64,000 bases of DNA, taken from the sequence record NC_016571.1; one strand, 5' to 3'. The position numbers were made by a program, and so were the translations under genes. Below are positions 18,689-28,706 of the stretch, piece by piece. A model generated the notes under the pieces. The model was not told the DNA's origin. It was given only the letters and a program-made list of their open reading frames with translations, and did no database searches. Position 1 is the stretch's first letter. The number at the start of each line of letters is the position of its first letter.

Positions 18689-18985
18689 AGAGGAAGGTGA
18701 CTAGTCTTCCGCTTTGAGTATAGAGAGTTTTAATAATGATTGAATCATGGCAGCGAAACCGGATTCATTAAAGTACGATGGCGCGCACTTCTTAATAGGC
18801 ACTAATCCATTCAATACTTATTAAGAAGTGGACATGTTTAATTTTACATAACATATCCATCGCCAGTAGAAGTTTACTGGAAAAGCAAATGAGCAATGGA
18901 ATCTGGAAAGGGTCGCCGAAGATCCATTTAGCGTATACCTCTCTTTCTTCACATAATATAAATCACTGCACTAAAAATTAACAGA

Positions 18986-19000
18986 CAGATATTATTAGAT
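18986..19000 (+). promoter_or_regulatory. putative early promoter
   Basis: AAAAATTAACAGACAGATATTATTAG, one mismatch from the sequence at ~55040-55065. Confidence 0.6.
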
Positions 19001-19039
19001 TGAAACCATACATAGTTTTTATTATAGAGGAATTACCCC

Positions 19040-19645
19040 ATGCAAGTTGAACAATATCGCTCCCTGTTATCCGCCCAACTGTCCAAAACTTTCAAGGTCG
19101 ACCAGATCCGTGCATCTGTTGTCCCACCTTCTCAGTTAAATGGTCCACTGCTTCGCAGCATGACTGTTTACTGCTACGAATTCTTTATCAATAGCTGTGA
19201 ACGTTATTTCACATTCGCTGTTGAGTTGGACGGGAAAGTATTCTTTACACGACCTAAAGAAGGCATTCGTGAATATCTGACCCCATTGATCCGCAATAAG
19301 GATTTCGGGTTTGCTTTGACTGGTGAAATCCATAATCACAAAGACGTGGTTGGGAAGTTCATCGAGAGCAAAATCAACCGTGATGCCTGGACTATAATGG
19401 GAAATACACTGGCCGATGAATTAGGTGATGAGTCCATGATCAGTTTCGACTACTGGTTCGGGTTCAAAGTGACACGTCACCACAAAGAAGCTTTGAGCTT
19501 TGACAGTGATGTCGAATTAATGATTCGTCGCAAAGACAGCCCCGACATTGAAGTATATCGCGGTAACTTCGTCGATGGCAATATTGGAACGTTCCGTAAT
19601 AAGTACAACGAAACTGTTACCATGAGGGAAGTTGCACGGAGGTAA
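19040..19645 (+). CDS. hypothetical protein
   Basis: 201 aa, GAGGA RBS. Confidence 0.75.
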   Translation: MQVEQYRSLLSAQLSKTFKVDQIRASVVPPSQLNGPLLRSMTVYCYEFFINSCERYFTFAVELDGKVFFTRPKEGIREYLTPLIRNKDFGFALTGEIHNHKDVVGKFIESKINRDAWTIMGNTLADELGDESMISFDYWFGFKVTRHHKEALSFDSDVELMIRRKDSPDIEVYRGNFVDGNIGTFRNKYNETVTMREVARR

Positions 19646-19646
19646 T

Positions 19647-19769
19647 ATGAATATATATCTCTGGATCCTTGTATTATTCTGTATCGGTCCGATCCTAGCC
19701 TTGGTAATCCACTGGCGTTGGGCCAAATGTAATCACTGTCGTCATGAAAATCATGACGAACCACACTGA
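19647..19769 (+). CDS. small membrane protein (40 aa, not in the ORF track)
   Basis: GGAGG RBS; MNIYLWILVLFCIGPILALVIHWRWAKCNHCRHENHDEPH. Confidence 0.6.
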   Translation: MNIYLWILVLFCIGPILALVIHWRWAKCNHCRHENHDEPH

Positions 19770-19782
19770 AGAGGAAATATCC

Positions 19783-20142
19783 ATGTCTCGTAATAAAGCC
19801 ACGAAACCTGCTAAGAAAGTAAAACAAAACGTTGAACGTGTAAACCGCCGTGAAATGATCCATATGGATTTTCTCGATGTTTATAACGAAGTCCTGAAGT
19901 ACGAAGAAGTCATCGACCTGGATATTGATCTTATTCTCGACGTCACCAAATCGGTATTCGCCCGTGAACTGTCATTGTCCAAACTGGCCAGTTCTCCAAC
20001 TCCGGAAGAACTGCACGATATGGCTACGAAGATCATCGATGAAATTCGTGGTCTGAAAGCTGTGGGCACTGTACTGGCTGAAGTATTCGCCAAAGGCAAT
20101 GGTATCGCTCCAGAAGACATTGTTCTGAAACCAGCAGCATAA
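19783..20142 (+). CDS. hypothetical protein
   Basis: ATG at 19783 with GAGGA RBS, highly biased codons, terminator downstream. Confidence 0.75.
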   Translation: MSRNKATKPAKKVKQNVERVNRREMIHMDFLDVYNEVLKYEEVIDLDIDLILDVTKSVFARELSLSKLASSPTPEELHDMATKIIDEIRGLKAVGTVLAEVFAKGNGIAPEDIVLKPAA

Positions 20143-20206
20143 CACGCACTCTCAGGGCTTCGGCTCTGGGAGTGTTCCCTATGTCTTTTAATTTAAGGAA
20201 TTTCGT

Positions 20207-21073
20207 ATGTGTGGTAACTGCAAGAAAGAAGATGTGAAATTAGGTAATCCCAAGAAAATTAAAACTGGGATCATCGAGCGCATCGATATGAAACTAACGC
20301 AGGGTGACGATGGAACTGATTTAAACGCTCTGTGTGATGTCATTCAGATGTTAAAGTCAGATGAGGGGACTCTGGATGCTAAACTCCCGGAACCTTATGA
20401 ACTCAATACCTCAATTAAACTTTTTGATGGTTGTTATGCTAAGTTGATTCGTGGCACGACCATTGGGATATTAAGCGTCAGACTGGTTGATGATGAAGGC
20501 GTCATGTATGGTTATATCAACTATAACCCTGGGACAGATAACTTCACCGTTGGTGTCGTGTGGACTAAATATGAGAAAATCTATTCCACCACTGTGAGTA
20601 ATAATGCTCATACCCTGAAGTACGTTCATCGTTTCTTAACCAATGAAAGCGAACGTGCCACAATGGCGATGGACGCCGTTCCCTACAAACGGAAGGAAGT
20701 GACTCCGCCTTCTAAGGTACATCACACCTTCCAAGAGGTCATGAAACAAATCCATGATTCTCGTTTAGCTTCTTGTGATCCACTCACCGTGGACTATGGA
20801 TCAAAAGCTAACGAATGGACTTGTGTGTCTGACGGAATGTTTTTGGAACTGACATCTCACATCTGTGGGGTGGATGAGTGTCGTTATGAAAAGGTCTTCA
20901 TTCGCCAGCGTGATAATGAGCTCGGTGCTGTCTGGTTCGAACCTAGCGGGGCTTTGTCTATTGAGACTAAGTTCTACAAAGGTAAGTTCCATCTGGTCCA
21001 TCACACTACCTGGGAACCCGATTATGATCTGATCGAGACCCATATCAAACACTTCATTTTGAGAACGATATGA
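20207..21073 (+). CDS. hypothetical protein
   Basis: 288 aa, AAGGA RBS. Confidence 0.7.
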   Translation: MCGNCKKEDVKLGNPKKIKTGIIERIDMKLTQGDDGTDLNALCDVIQMLKSDEGTLDAKLPEPYELNTSIKLFDGCYAKLIRGTTIGILSVRLVDDEGVMYGYINYNPGTDNFTVGVVWTKYEKIYSTTVSNNAHTLKYVHRFLTNESERATMAMDAVPYKRKEVTPPSKVHHTFQEVMKQIHDSRLASCDPLTVDYGSKANEWTCVSDGMFLELTSHICGVDECRYEKVFIRQRDNELGAVWFEPSGALSIETKFYKGKFHLVHHTTWEPDYDLIETHIKHFILRTI

Positions 21074-21486
21074 ATATAACACCGCTGTCTAAAAAGAAGC
21101 TGGAAACGGCTTGTCTCATGCTGAAGTCCAAACGGGAGAAAGCTGTTAAATCAGTTACTCTCGGCACTGCTGGCGCACAGTCAGTAATGTGCGGCTTCAG
21201 GAACCTCGCCAAGGCGTTGGAAACGTCCACCTTACGTTTGGATGCCGATGATGGTAAACCTATCCTACTCGACGTTGACTACGTTATGGGTGGCGAAGGT
21301 TGTGATATCTGGGCCGTAATGATGATAGGAGTCAATGATGAAGCTCCTCTTATTAAAACCTGGTTTGATCAATCTGGCCATGCTCATATCCAATGTAATT
21401 ATGGTAACTATTCGACCATGATTAAATACGCTACGGCGGAAGATGTATCTGACTGGATTGTGGATTATCTCCGACTTCAGGTTTAA
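21070..21486 (+). CDS. hypothetical protein
   Basis: 138 aa, ATGA overlap with the previous gene. Confidence 0.7.
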   Translation: MNITPLSKKKLETACLMLKSKREKAVKSVTLGTAGAQSVMCGFRNLAKALETSTLRLDADDGKPILLDVDYVMGGEGCDIWAVMMIGVNDEAPLIKTWFDQSGHAHIQCNYGNYSTMIKYATAEDVSDWIVDYLRLQV

Positions 21487-21488
21487 TT

Positions 21489-21830
21489 ATGAAAGGCAAG
21501 CAGGGTACCATCGAAGAGTATTCTGACAAGGCTGTCGTTCTGCGTGAACTCATTGACAAATTGAGAGATTTCGATCATCCAAGTTTTACTGAACGGGTAG
21601 TGCTTAACCATCTAGCATTCCTGGTCATTAAAACTCCTGATTCATCTTTCATTGAAGTAACTTGGGTGGGGAGATTAATGGCAAGGATTAACGTGGGTAA
21701 TTTAATCCTGCGTTGCCCTAGCGTTAGGATAAAAGGTAAAGTGGCTGAGTATTATCTCGACCCTACTATATCCACTCCCTTGCCCGTAGTCATTGATATC
21801 ATTTCAGAATACGTTACTGGAGGGAAGTAA
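21489..21830 (+). CDS. hypothetical protein
   Basis: 113 aa in operon. Confidence 0.65.
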   Translation: MKGKQGTIEEYSDKAVVLRELIDKLRDFDHPSFTERVVLNHLAFLVIKTPDSSFIEVTWVGRLMARINVGNLILRCPSVRIKGKVAEYYLDPTISTPLPVVIDIISEYVTGGK

Positions 21831-22038
21831 TGTCCAGGATACTCACTTCAATTAAGTTATTTTCTTACTCTCATTCTTATATATTGCCATAGTGTAAAAG
21901 GGGAGGGGGTTTATCCGGTTAGGATAATTACAGGTAAACTACTGAACGAAGTGAAGTATCCTCTTCCAGGGATTACGTAAGTAATCATCACATGTTCTTT
22001 TAACCGAAGGTATTTACAGTCGGAAGGAATAGAGAATA

Positions 22039-22407
22039 ATGGTTAATGAATTTTACAAGGGATTTATTCTAGGTATTGCATTATTGGTACTTGGAAGGAT
22101 TCTTTATAACTGGGCTTTGAAACAACTAGGTCCAGAACCAAGGCCGGGAATAGATATATCTCATCTGGTACAGTTACCCAAGATGAATAGTCGTGACCTG
22201 GGTTTTTGTTTGAATCAAATCCTGTTGGATCCAGTACTAAGTTATACCATCAACACGGTTACCCCTAAAGACAAAGACGACATTGTCACCATCTGGTTTA
22301 ATATTCATGATGAAGAAGGGAAAGTAACTGGGACTACGACAGTACGTTGTAAGGTAGACGAAGAACTTCCCGATACGTATCCATTAGGGTACAGAAAGAA
22401 GAAATAA
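22039..22407 (+). CDS. hypothetical membrane-anchored protein
   Basis: N-terminal hydrophobic helix FILGIALLVLGRILY. Confidence 0.65.
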   Translation: MVNEFYKGFILGIALLVLGRILYNWALKQLGPEPRPGIDISHLVQLPKMNSRDLGFCLNQILLDPVLSYTINTVTPKDKDDIVTIWFNIHDEEGKVTGTTTVRCKVDEELPDTYPLGYRKKK

Positions 22408-22497
22408 ATCAATACTCTGATAAATGAAACTGTCCTTCGGGATGGTTTCATCTCTCGTTAGTTGTTATTCCATCCATCACACCAATAAGGCAAAGTA

Positions 22498-23166
22498 ATG
22501 TTCAACTATAAACACCTCCATGCAATTGCACTGCGTATGTTCGTAACCTTCCTGGCTGCCAACATTGCCAAAGTCAATGAATTGATCATCGCTGGTTTCT
22601 CAGATCCTAAGGTACTTCGTATCTCACTATTTGAGCTTAACAGCGTTGTCGTTTCTATTGTGCGGGTGGAAGGTAAACTTACTCTGAACATCGTAGTTCC
22701 TGGTTATGATACTCATCGTGTCAAACTGGGTAATCTCAAAGCGCCGATCAGTAAACGTGTGGTAACTGATCTGCAAGTTTATTTCCATCGTGAGTATCGC
22801 CTGATCCATGAAGACGCATTGAAACAACTTGCTGAATCAATTGATCTGGCTGACGTTAAGTACAAAGCACGGAACATTCCAGTTGTCGCTCGTTTGTTCA
22901 ACAAGGTGAATGAATTCAATATTCGCCTGGACAACCAGCTGATGTCTGAACTGTTGAAGGTTACTGTCTTTATCCGTCGTTCCATCTTCAACAAACTGAC
23001 CGTGGTTGTGGTAACTCACACTCCTGAACCAGCTGGACTGATCCGTGAAGTGATGCCGGTACATGTAGGCGTTACCAATACGTATTTGGCTGATGGACAA
23101 TCCGACCCGGTTAACCAGTGGTTCCGTCAAGTACTGACTGATCACGTTGATACTTTCGCTAAGTAA
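22498..23166 (+). CDS. hypothetical protein
   Basis: 222 aa, terminator downstream. Confidence 0.7.
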   Translation: MFNYKHLHAIALRMFVTFLAANIAKVNELIIAGFSDPKVLRISLFELNSVVVSIVRVEGKLTLNIVVPGYDTHRVKLGNLKAPISKRVVTDLQVYFHREYRLIHEDALKQLAESIDLADVKYKARNIPVVARLFNKVNEFNIRLDNQLMSELLKVTVFIRRSIFNKLTVVVVTHTPEPAGLIREVMPVHVGVTNTYLADGQSDPVNQWFRQVLTDHVDTFAK

Positions 23167-23241
23167 ACACATCGAGTGGGTGTCCTAACGGGCGCTCACT
23201 CTTTTATGTTTATTTTATTTTTCTAACAAAGTGAGGTAGTT

Positions 23242-23613
23242 ATGTGGGTTTTATTTGTAGTAGTGGTTTGTGTGTTAACCGTATGGGGGATCTATTCGGT
23301 GGAAAGAGGTCGTCGTATTCGTTTTGAAGACATCGCAAAACTGGAAAAGATCAAAACAACGCTTTCCAATAATTTAGCATTTGACATGCTACGGGATACG
23401 CCGACAATCGCATATCAGGATCTTGTGACCTTCTGTACTAAGAAAGCACTGGAGCATAACGTCGATATCGTCCTACTGGCGTATAAAACTAAATTCACCA
23501 TCCTTATCAAATATCAGGGTAACTCCGAACGTATCAACATCTCAGCATCAGCCATAACAGGTTTCGATGGTGAGTATGAAAGAGAAGCCCCTCCACTCCG
23601 GCGATATAAGTAA
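23242..23613 (+). CDS. hypothetical membrane-anchored protein
   Basis: N-terminal TM helix WVLFVVVVCVLTVWGIY; GAGG RBS. Confidence 0.7.
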   Translation: MWVLFVVVVCVLTVWGIYSVERGRRIRFEDIAKLEKIKTTLSNNLAFDMLRDTPTIAYQDLVTFCTKKALEHNVDIVLLAYKTKFTILIKYQGNSERINISASAITGFDGEYEREAPPLRRYK

Positions 23614-23664
23614 CCAACCCAATATGGTGATTGGATAGTTCAATCGGCATTTAAGGAAATACGA

Positions 23665-24069
23665 ATGAATTACTTCGAATACAAAATCTACGGGATAGTT
23701 TTACTGACAATAGTTTCATTGTTGGCGATTTCAGCTATCTGGTTATGCGGTGTTCTCTTAAAGGAAGCTCAAGATATCAAAGCAGCCTCTAAGAACGTTC
23801 AGTCCGCATTCACACTACTTGATGTGGAAGTCACTAAGAAGCTTAAAAACAATAACGCAATCCACTTCTATGATCTCATGAGGATCGTGGAAATGGTGAC
23901 TCGGCGAATGCCGATGGTTAAGATAACAGTGGATAAGAAGTTCGAACGTAACCAAGTGAAGATTAGCATTGAGAAAGGGGATGTCAAAGCTAGCTACACA
24001 TTCTTGGCGACCATAGTCGAAGCTCCTTACCACAATCAAGGTAAACAACCCGATCCTGTAAAAGAATAG
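23665..24069 (+). CDS. hypothetical membrane-anchored protein
   Basis: N-terminal TM helix; AAGGA RBS. Confidence 0.7.
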   Translation: MNYFEYKIYGIVLLTIVSLLAISAIWLCGVLLKEAQDIKAASKNVQSAFTLLDVEVTKKLKNNNAIHFYDLMRIVEMVTRRMPMVKITVDKKFERNQVKISIEKGDVKASYTFLATIVEAPYHNQGKQPDPVKE

Positions 24070-24241
24070 TAGGGTTCTATTGTATGTAGTCTATGACTTC
24101 ATCTTATCCTCACCCCAGGGATAAGAATGGGGTTATAGATTTTCTCTTCTTTTCTTTTACGTTTTGGGGATAATAGGGGCTTTTCTTCTTCTAGTTCTTC
24201 TCTTCCAGGTTTACCTGAATATATACTTATTATATATTAGT

Positions 24242-24263
24242 TATATATATATATATATATATA
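24242..24263. repeat. (TA)11 microsatellite in an AT-rich intergenic region
   Basis: direct reading of the sequence. Confidence 0.9.
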
Positions 24264-24388
24264 GAGTAAGTAGAGAAACCCTTTGACTCCGAAAAGAAAA
24301 TCAATTAAATCTTATCCTGGTTACCTTCGGGTAGCTAGGGTAGGGTAATATGTCTTAAAACTGAAATCTTAATATATGGGTTATTAAC

Positions 24389-25090
24389 ATGAAGATGGTA
24401 GAACTGTTAATCGGGTACGACATGGAGAAAGTCTACTCTGGTGATATCTCTATTGGAAGTACCGATATGGTCACTGATATCCATGTTAAAAGTGATGATG
24501 AACTTACATCAAGTGAACGTCGTCAGTTTGAAACAGAATTATCGGAATTAATTTGCAAACACTTCGTTAATAATAAACGTATTAACGAACATGATCTTTT
24601 AAAGAGGCAATACCTCGTCAAGGATGTTTTAGAGTACGCTGTTAACTATTCGGGCATGTTAACAGAGGAAGAGGTTTACACTAACCTGTCGGGTGGAGAT
24701 CCTAAATTACTTAAGAAATTTATGACAGGGGAAATACCAACAGTATCTCGCACTTATCTATTTAGCTATTGTGGATTTAGTTATAGTTGGTTAGATAAGT
24801 TTGAATCGAGCCTGAATACTGTTAAAAGCAATTTGGTCATTAAGGAAGAACAAGTTAGTTCCGCTGCCATCAGACACGTTTTTATGGATATCCTGGGGAT
24901 GAGTTCAGACGAATGTCTTTCTATGTTAAAGAGACACAATCGTTGGAGTAGTCATGACATATTCATCGAAGATTATGATTACCTTGTCCCACTAAGTGAA
25001 ATCCAGAACATGTTCTACGGGCTAGACCGCTCAAGAGACCAACTCGTAGCCTTAATGGTTAATTATACCAAAGATCATCCTATCGGGTAG
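24389..25090 (+). CDS. hypothetical protein
   Basis: 233 aa ORF. Confidence 0.65.
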   Translation: MKMVELLIGYDMEKVYSGDISIGSTDMVTDIHVKSDDELTSSERRQFETELSELICKHFVNNKRINEHDLLKRQYLVKDVLEYAVNYSGMLTEEEVYTNLSGGDPKLLKKFMTGEIPTVSRTYLFSYCGFSYSWLDKFESSLNTVKSNLVIKEEQVSSAAIRHVFMDILGMSSDECLSMLKRHNRWSSHDIFIEDYDYLVPLSEIQNMFYGLDRSRDQLVALMVNYTKDHPIG

Positions 25091-25130
25091 TAAACATGAA
25101 AGCCAAAAAGATATTAAGCCGAGGTGAAAA

Positions 25131-25580
25131 ATGCGCTGGTTAAAACGACTTATTCGTGTATTGGCAACACCGGCCAAGATCGAAGCAAATAAAGTAAAAG
25201 TAGCGTCAGAGTTAGATAAGGCGTTTAACTTACTTGTAACTGATTACCCTAAACAAAGCTCACACCGTGGTCATATGGGTTTCGACATAGGTCACTATAC
25301 TTTCCAGGGTGGTTGGCTAAAAGACGAATTCTACTTTGACGTCTATGATCTCGATTATGAGTTCAGACTAAACAAAGAAGGTCGGATCTATGTTGGATAC
25401 CACAAGTTCCCAGATATGGGCGTCAGGTGGTCAGTTCATAAATGCGGAGATAAAAACAAGGTTGTCGATTCATTGACTTTACATTCCCCCGATAATCTTT
25501 ATAAAGGCGACTTCATCAAAAGCCTTAACTTTATCATTCCCGGTTTAGTAGAGGAAGTTGTAAATGAATCCGAGTCGTAA
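25131..25580 (+). CDS. hypothetical protein
   Basis: 149 aa, GAGG RBS. Confidence 0.7.
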   Translation: MRWLKRLIRVLATPAKIEANKVKVASELDKAFNLLVTDYPKQSSHRGHMGFDIGHYTFQGGWLKDEFYFDVYDLDYEFRLNKEGRIYVGYHKFPDMGVRWSVHKCGDKNKVVDSLTLHSPDNLYKGDFIKSLNFIIPGLVEEVVNESES

Positions 25581-25977
25581 ATTTAGTCTATCGATTGCTT
25601 TATTTTGCTTTTTCTGTATATGGGGCATTGGCCAGATAAATCCCTATATGGAATTCAAAACTCACAGAGTTGAGGTCTTTCAACTCTACAGTGGGACAAG
25701 TACGGGAAAATACTCTAAGCTGGAATTCATTGCCGTATATAAAAACCCAGAAGGCACTGTGTTTGATCAACGCGTATCACCATCTGAGTTCTCTCAACTC
25801 CATGTGGGAGATAAGGTAGATATCAGTGTTCGTCAATTTGACATCGAACAAACCACTCTTGACAATGTAGTTTGGTTCTTTGGGGCATTATTGTTCCAAG
25901 CAACCTTATTCACAGGAGGAGTGAGTTTCCTCTTATACGGTCTTAGTGCAAAATTCAGAAAGTGGATACGATCATGA
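25564..25977 (+). CDS. two-TM membrane protein
   Basis: N- and C-terminal hydrophobic helices flanking a beta-rich domain. Confidence 0.7.
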   Translation: MNPSRKFSLSIALFCFFCIWGIGQINPYMEFKTHRVEVFQLYSGTSTGKYSKLEFIAVYKNPEGTVFDQRVSPSEFSQLHVGDKVDISVRQFDIEQTTLDNVVWFFGALLFQATLFTGGVSFLLYGLSAKFRKWIRS

Positions 25978-26972
25978 AAGTTGGAAAATACTTGTTAGAA
26001 AAACATAACTTTGGCGATCCTGAAGTTAAAGCTCGATTCCTTGATCAGTTTGGTTACTCTGAAAAGATCCTTGAGAGTATCCTGGCTGACCGATATCCTT
26101 CATTGTTAGGTTGTCATATTCACGACATTGCGATCTTTACTGGGGAGGATCCTGGGTTCCTTCAAAGTCTGGAAGAATATGAGCAGTTGTCTGACTTTGA
26201 GAAACAAACACTGTCTTCCCCACCTATGGGTAAACCATACGTTTCTGATCCACCGGTGGCTAAGATCGAGTTAATGGGCGTTCCTTCTCAGGAGTCTGTT
26301 AATAAGGTCAATGAAATGGCAAATGAAATTATTGACGATATCAAAGCAGGTAACTCTTTAAAAGGGCCTATTCTCAATATTGCCGCCATCGCGGCAGGTA
26401 GTAGACCTTTCAATACTCGCCCTGTGAAAACAGAAGTCGGTATTAAAGATCTTGTAAGTGATGATTGGGACAAAATGAAAGAACCCGTTGATGGTGTAAT
26501 GATTAAGCTGAATCTCTCATCTGGCGAACCTGTTGAACTAGTGGGTGTGGATGAAGACGGTATCCGTCGCTATGAAGAAGCGATCAATAAACTCCGAGCC
26601 TCCATGGATTATCCAGGCTTTGGTTGCTTAGTGGGCGATGATCCAGAAATGGAGTCTTTGATTACACGTCTAAGAGAGTACACCAAAGACAAGTCATTTA
26701 AGCTGATTACCCCTAAAGCTGATCTTGCTATCAGTGAAATGCAGTGCAAGTCACGTATCCATCGCGATCCAAGTGAAGTCGAGTATGTGGTAACCACATA
26801 TCCTATTACTGGGCCCGAGTCTGTTAAGGTGGTTAAGGGTCGTGACCTGGGGATCGGTACTGGTGATAAGTATGTTTTCTCTAACCAGTTAAAACACACC
26901 ATCAATAAACTTGGTTTGGATCCTATTGAAGGATCGGGCCCTTCAACTAACCATAAAGAAGGTGACCAATGA
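25974..26972 (+). CDS. hypothetical protein
   Basis: ATG at 25974 gives an ATGA overlap with the upstream stop. Confidence 0.7.
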   Translation: MKVGKYLLEKHNFGDPEVKARFLDQFGYSEKILESILADRYPSLLGCHIHDIAIFTGEDPGFLQSLEEYEQLSDFEKQTLSSPPMGKPYVSDPPVAKIELMGVPSQESVNKVNEMANEIIDDIKAGNSLKGPILNIAAIAAGSRPFNTRPVKTEVGIKDLVSDDWDKMKEPVDGVMIKLNLSSGEPVELVGVDEDGIRRYEEAINKLRASMDYPGFGCLVGDDPEMESLITRLREYTKDKSFKLITPKADLAISEMQCKSRIHRDPSEVEYVVTTYPITGPESVKVVKGRDLGIGTGDKYVFSNQLKHTINKLGLDPIEGSGPSTNHKEGDQ

Positions 26973-27511
26973 GTCGTTACGAAAACTTTGCCAACGAATT
27001 TGAACAGAATTTCATTAAATACCATACCGATGAAATCGTGATGGCTATCCATACTAGCGATACCCCAGATCCGATCACCACCGTCTTCGGTGAACTAGTA
27101 ATCGGTGGTTATGACGACCATAACCATGTTTACCCCGTCCTGTTCAAAAATGAAATCGTCTTTAGCGTGCATAGCTCACGTACCTATTTTAAAGATGACA
27201 TCTCTGGTGTTGCCCTTAGGCTTGCCTCAGTGATAGAGAACTCGGGATTTGTCAAAAAGCAACTTGATGAGATCCCCGTTAACTATGGCCCTGTCAATAT
27301 TGGTGTCGATGTGGAAGATATCATTTCCATTGTCTTATTGTCAGAAGCGGTTTGTCCAGGCAAGTTACCGGCGTATGTAACTAAGCTGAGAAATGACACT
27401 TACCAGTTGTTATGTAGGAAGATCTCCGAAGTTGCCCAAACTCCCGGATTGATAACTGATCAAGTAAGTATGATCAAGAATCTGGAAAGTAAATTAGCAA
27501 AATTAAGTTAA
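26969..27511 (+). CDS. hypothetical protein
   Basis: 180 aa, coupled, followed by a hairpin terminator. Confidence 0.7.
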   Translation: MSRYENFANEFEQNFIKYHTDEIVMAIHTSDTPDPITTVFGELVIGGYDDHNHVYPVLFKNEIVFSVHSSRTYFKDDISGVALRLASVIENSGFVKKQLDEIPVNYGPVNIGVDVEDIISIVLLSEAVCPGKLPAYVTKLRNDTYQLLCRKISEVAQTPGLITDQVSMIKNLESKLAKLS

Positions 27512-27565
27512 TCCATTCCCTACCTACTCAGATGAGTAGGTAGGTTTTACGGAGTATAGAGAGTA

Positions 27566-27889
27566 ATGAAATCGAAGCACGTTAAGAAAGAGTTAGTTGA
27601 AATCATGTTCCCAATCATGCAGAACCTGAGCAAGTACGGAACTGAAGAATTCGAGTTGGAATTTAAATTCCAACATAACGGTGTTCCCTATAAAGTGGAA
27701 CACGTCGTACAGTCAGAGCATAATCGCCTCGAAGTTAAAATTTGTGACTACTATGGGATCTATCCAATGTTCCACGTACCTATTCAGGTCACCAAGGACA
27801 TTGAACCAAAATCAGCAGCTCGTGCTTTTGTGCATGAGAACCCACATCTCCCACAGACAGCTTATCGCATTCTTAAGAAGGTCCACTGA
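27566..27889 (+). CDS. hypothetical protein
   Basis: 107 aa, GGAG RBS. Confidence 0.7.
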   Translation: MKSKHVKKELVEIMFPIMQNLSKYGTEEFELEFKFQHNGVPYKVEHVVQSEHNRLEVKICDYYGIYPMFHVPIQVTKDIEPKSAARAFVHENPHLPQTAYRILKKVH

Positions 27890-27890
27890 T

Positions 27891-28706
27891 ATGAATATAA
27901 AGGACGTTGTACTTGTTAATGAACGGTTTGGGGGAATTCTCAAAGACCGATTGAACCGTATTAACATGACCGTTAAGTTGTTTGCTTCCAATTTGAATAT
28001 CGATAGATTGACTGCGGAGAATATCTTAACTGGAAACGAAGCCTTCACTTATCCCCACTCCTTCAAAGATCTTGATCGTCTCTTTGGAACATCTGAAGGT
28101 TATTGGTACCAAGTTTATAACAACGTGGTTAAATACGTCTCAGAAGGTATCGACCCTAATCGTCCAGATGTGAAGCTGAAAGAAGTCATTCCACACTTCC
28201 CAGGTTTTACGCTCAATATGACTCCTGCGCCAGTTGATCTGGATAACTTCGAAGTCCCTAAAACTCAAGCCTATTTTGGTGATCCAACATCAGGATTAGA
28301 TTACATGGTTCAAGGACACGAGTATTTTGAATTGGTCGATACCGCCATTACTATTAGCGGTCTCCAACAAGGGATCATTGGTATCTCATTATCCAATCTG
28401 GGTACACGAGAGGAGATGGATTTTTACACTGGGTTGGTTTATCTACAAAAGAAATTACCCCATCTCAATTTCGCTGTTCTCCCAACACCTACCTTCGACA
28501 TGGACAATAGCACCGATGTTGAATCATTGTCGCGTCGAGTGGAACGTGATGGGCTTGATGGTATTCGTTATAACCGTATCTTCTTCGCAGTTTACCAAGA
28601 CTATGAAGTTCCCGACTTGGTGAGAAAGTCCCATGACCTGTTTATGGATGTTGAAGAACTCCATGGCCGTTATCAAGCTAACGTATCCGTAAAGGAAAAG
28701 AAATGA
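27891..28706 (+). CDS. HigA/Xre-like HTH-domain protein with C-terminal extension
   Basis: FGGILKDRL...MTVKLFASNL...NILTG...LDRLFGTSEGYWYQVY resembles the HigA/VapI antitoxin HTH; start moved to ATG 27891. Confidence 0.55.
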   Translation: MNIKDVVLVNERFGGILKDRLNRINMTVKLFASNLNIDRLTAENILTGNEAFTYPHSFKDLDRLFGTSEGYWYQVYNNVVKYVSEGIDPNRPDVKLKEVIPHFPGFTLNMTPAPVDLDNFEVPKTQAYFGDPTSGLDYMVQGHEYFELVDTAITISGLQQGIIGISLSNLGTREEMDFYTGLVYLQKKLPHLNFAVLPTPTFDMDNSTDVESLSRRVERDGLDGIRYNRIFFAVYQDYEVPDLVRKSHDLFMDVEELHGRYQANVSVKEKK

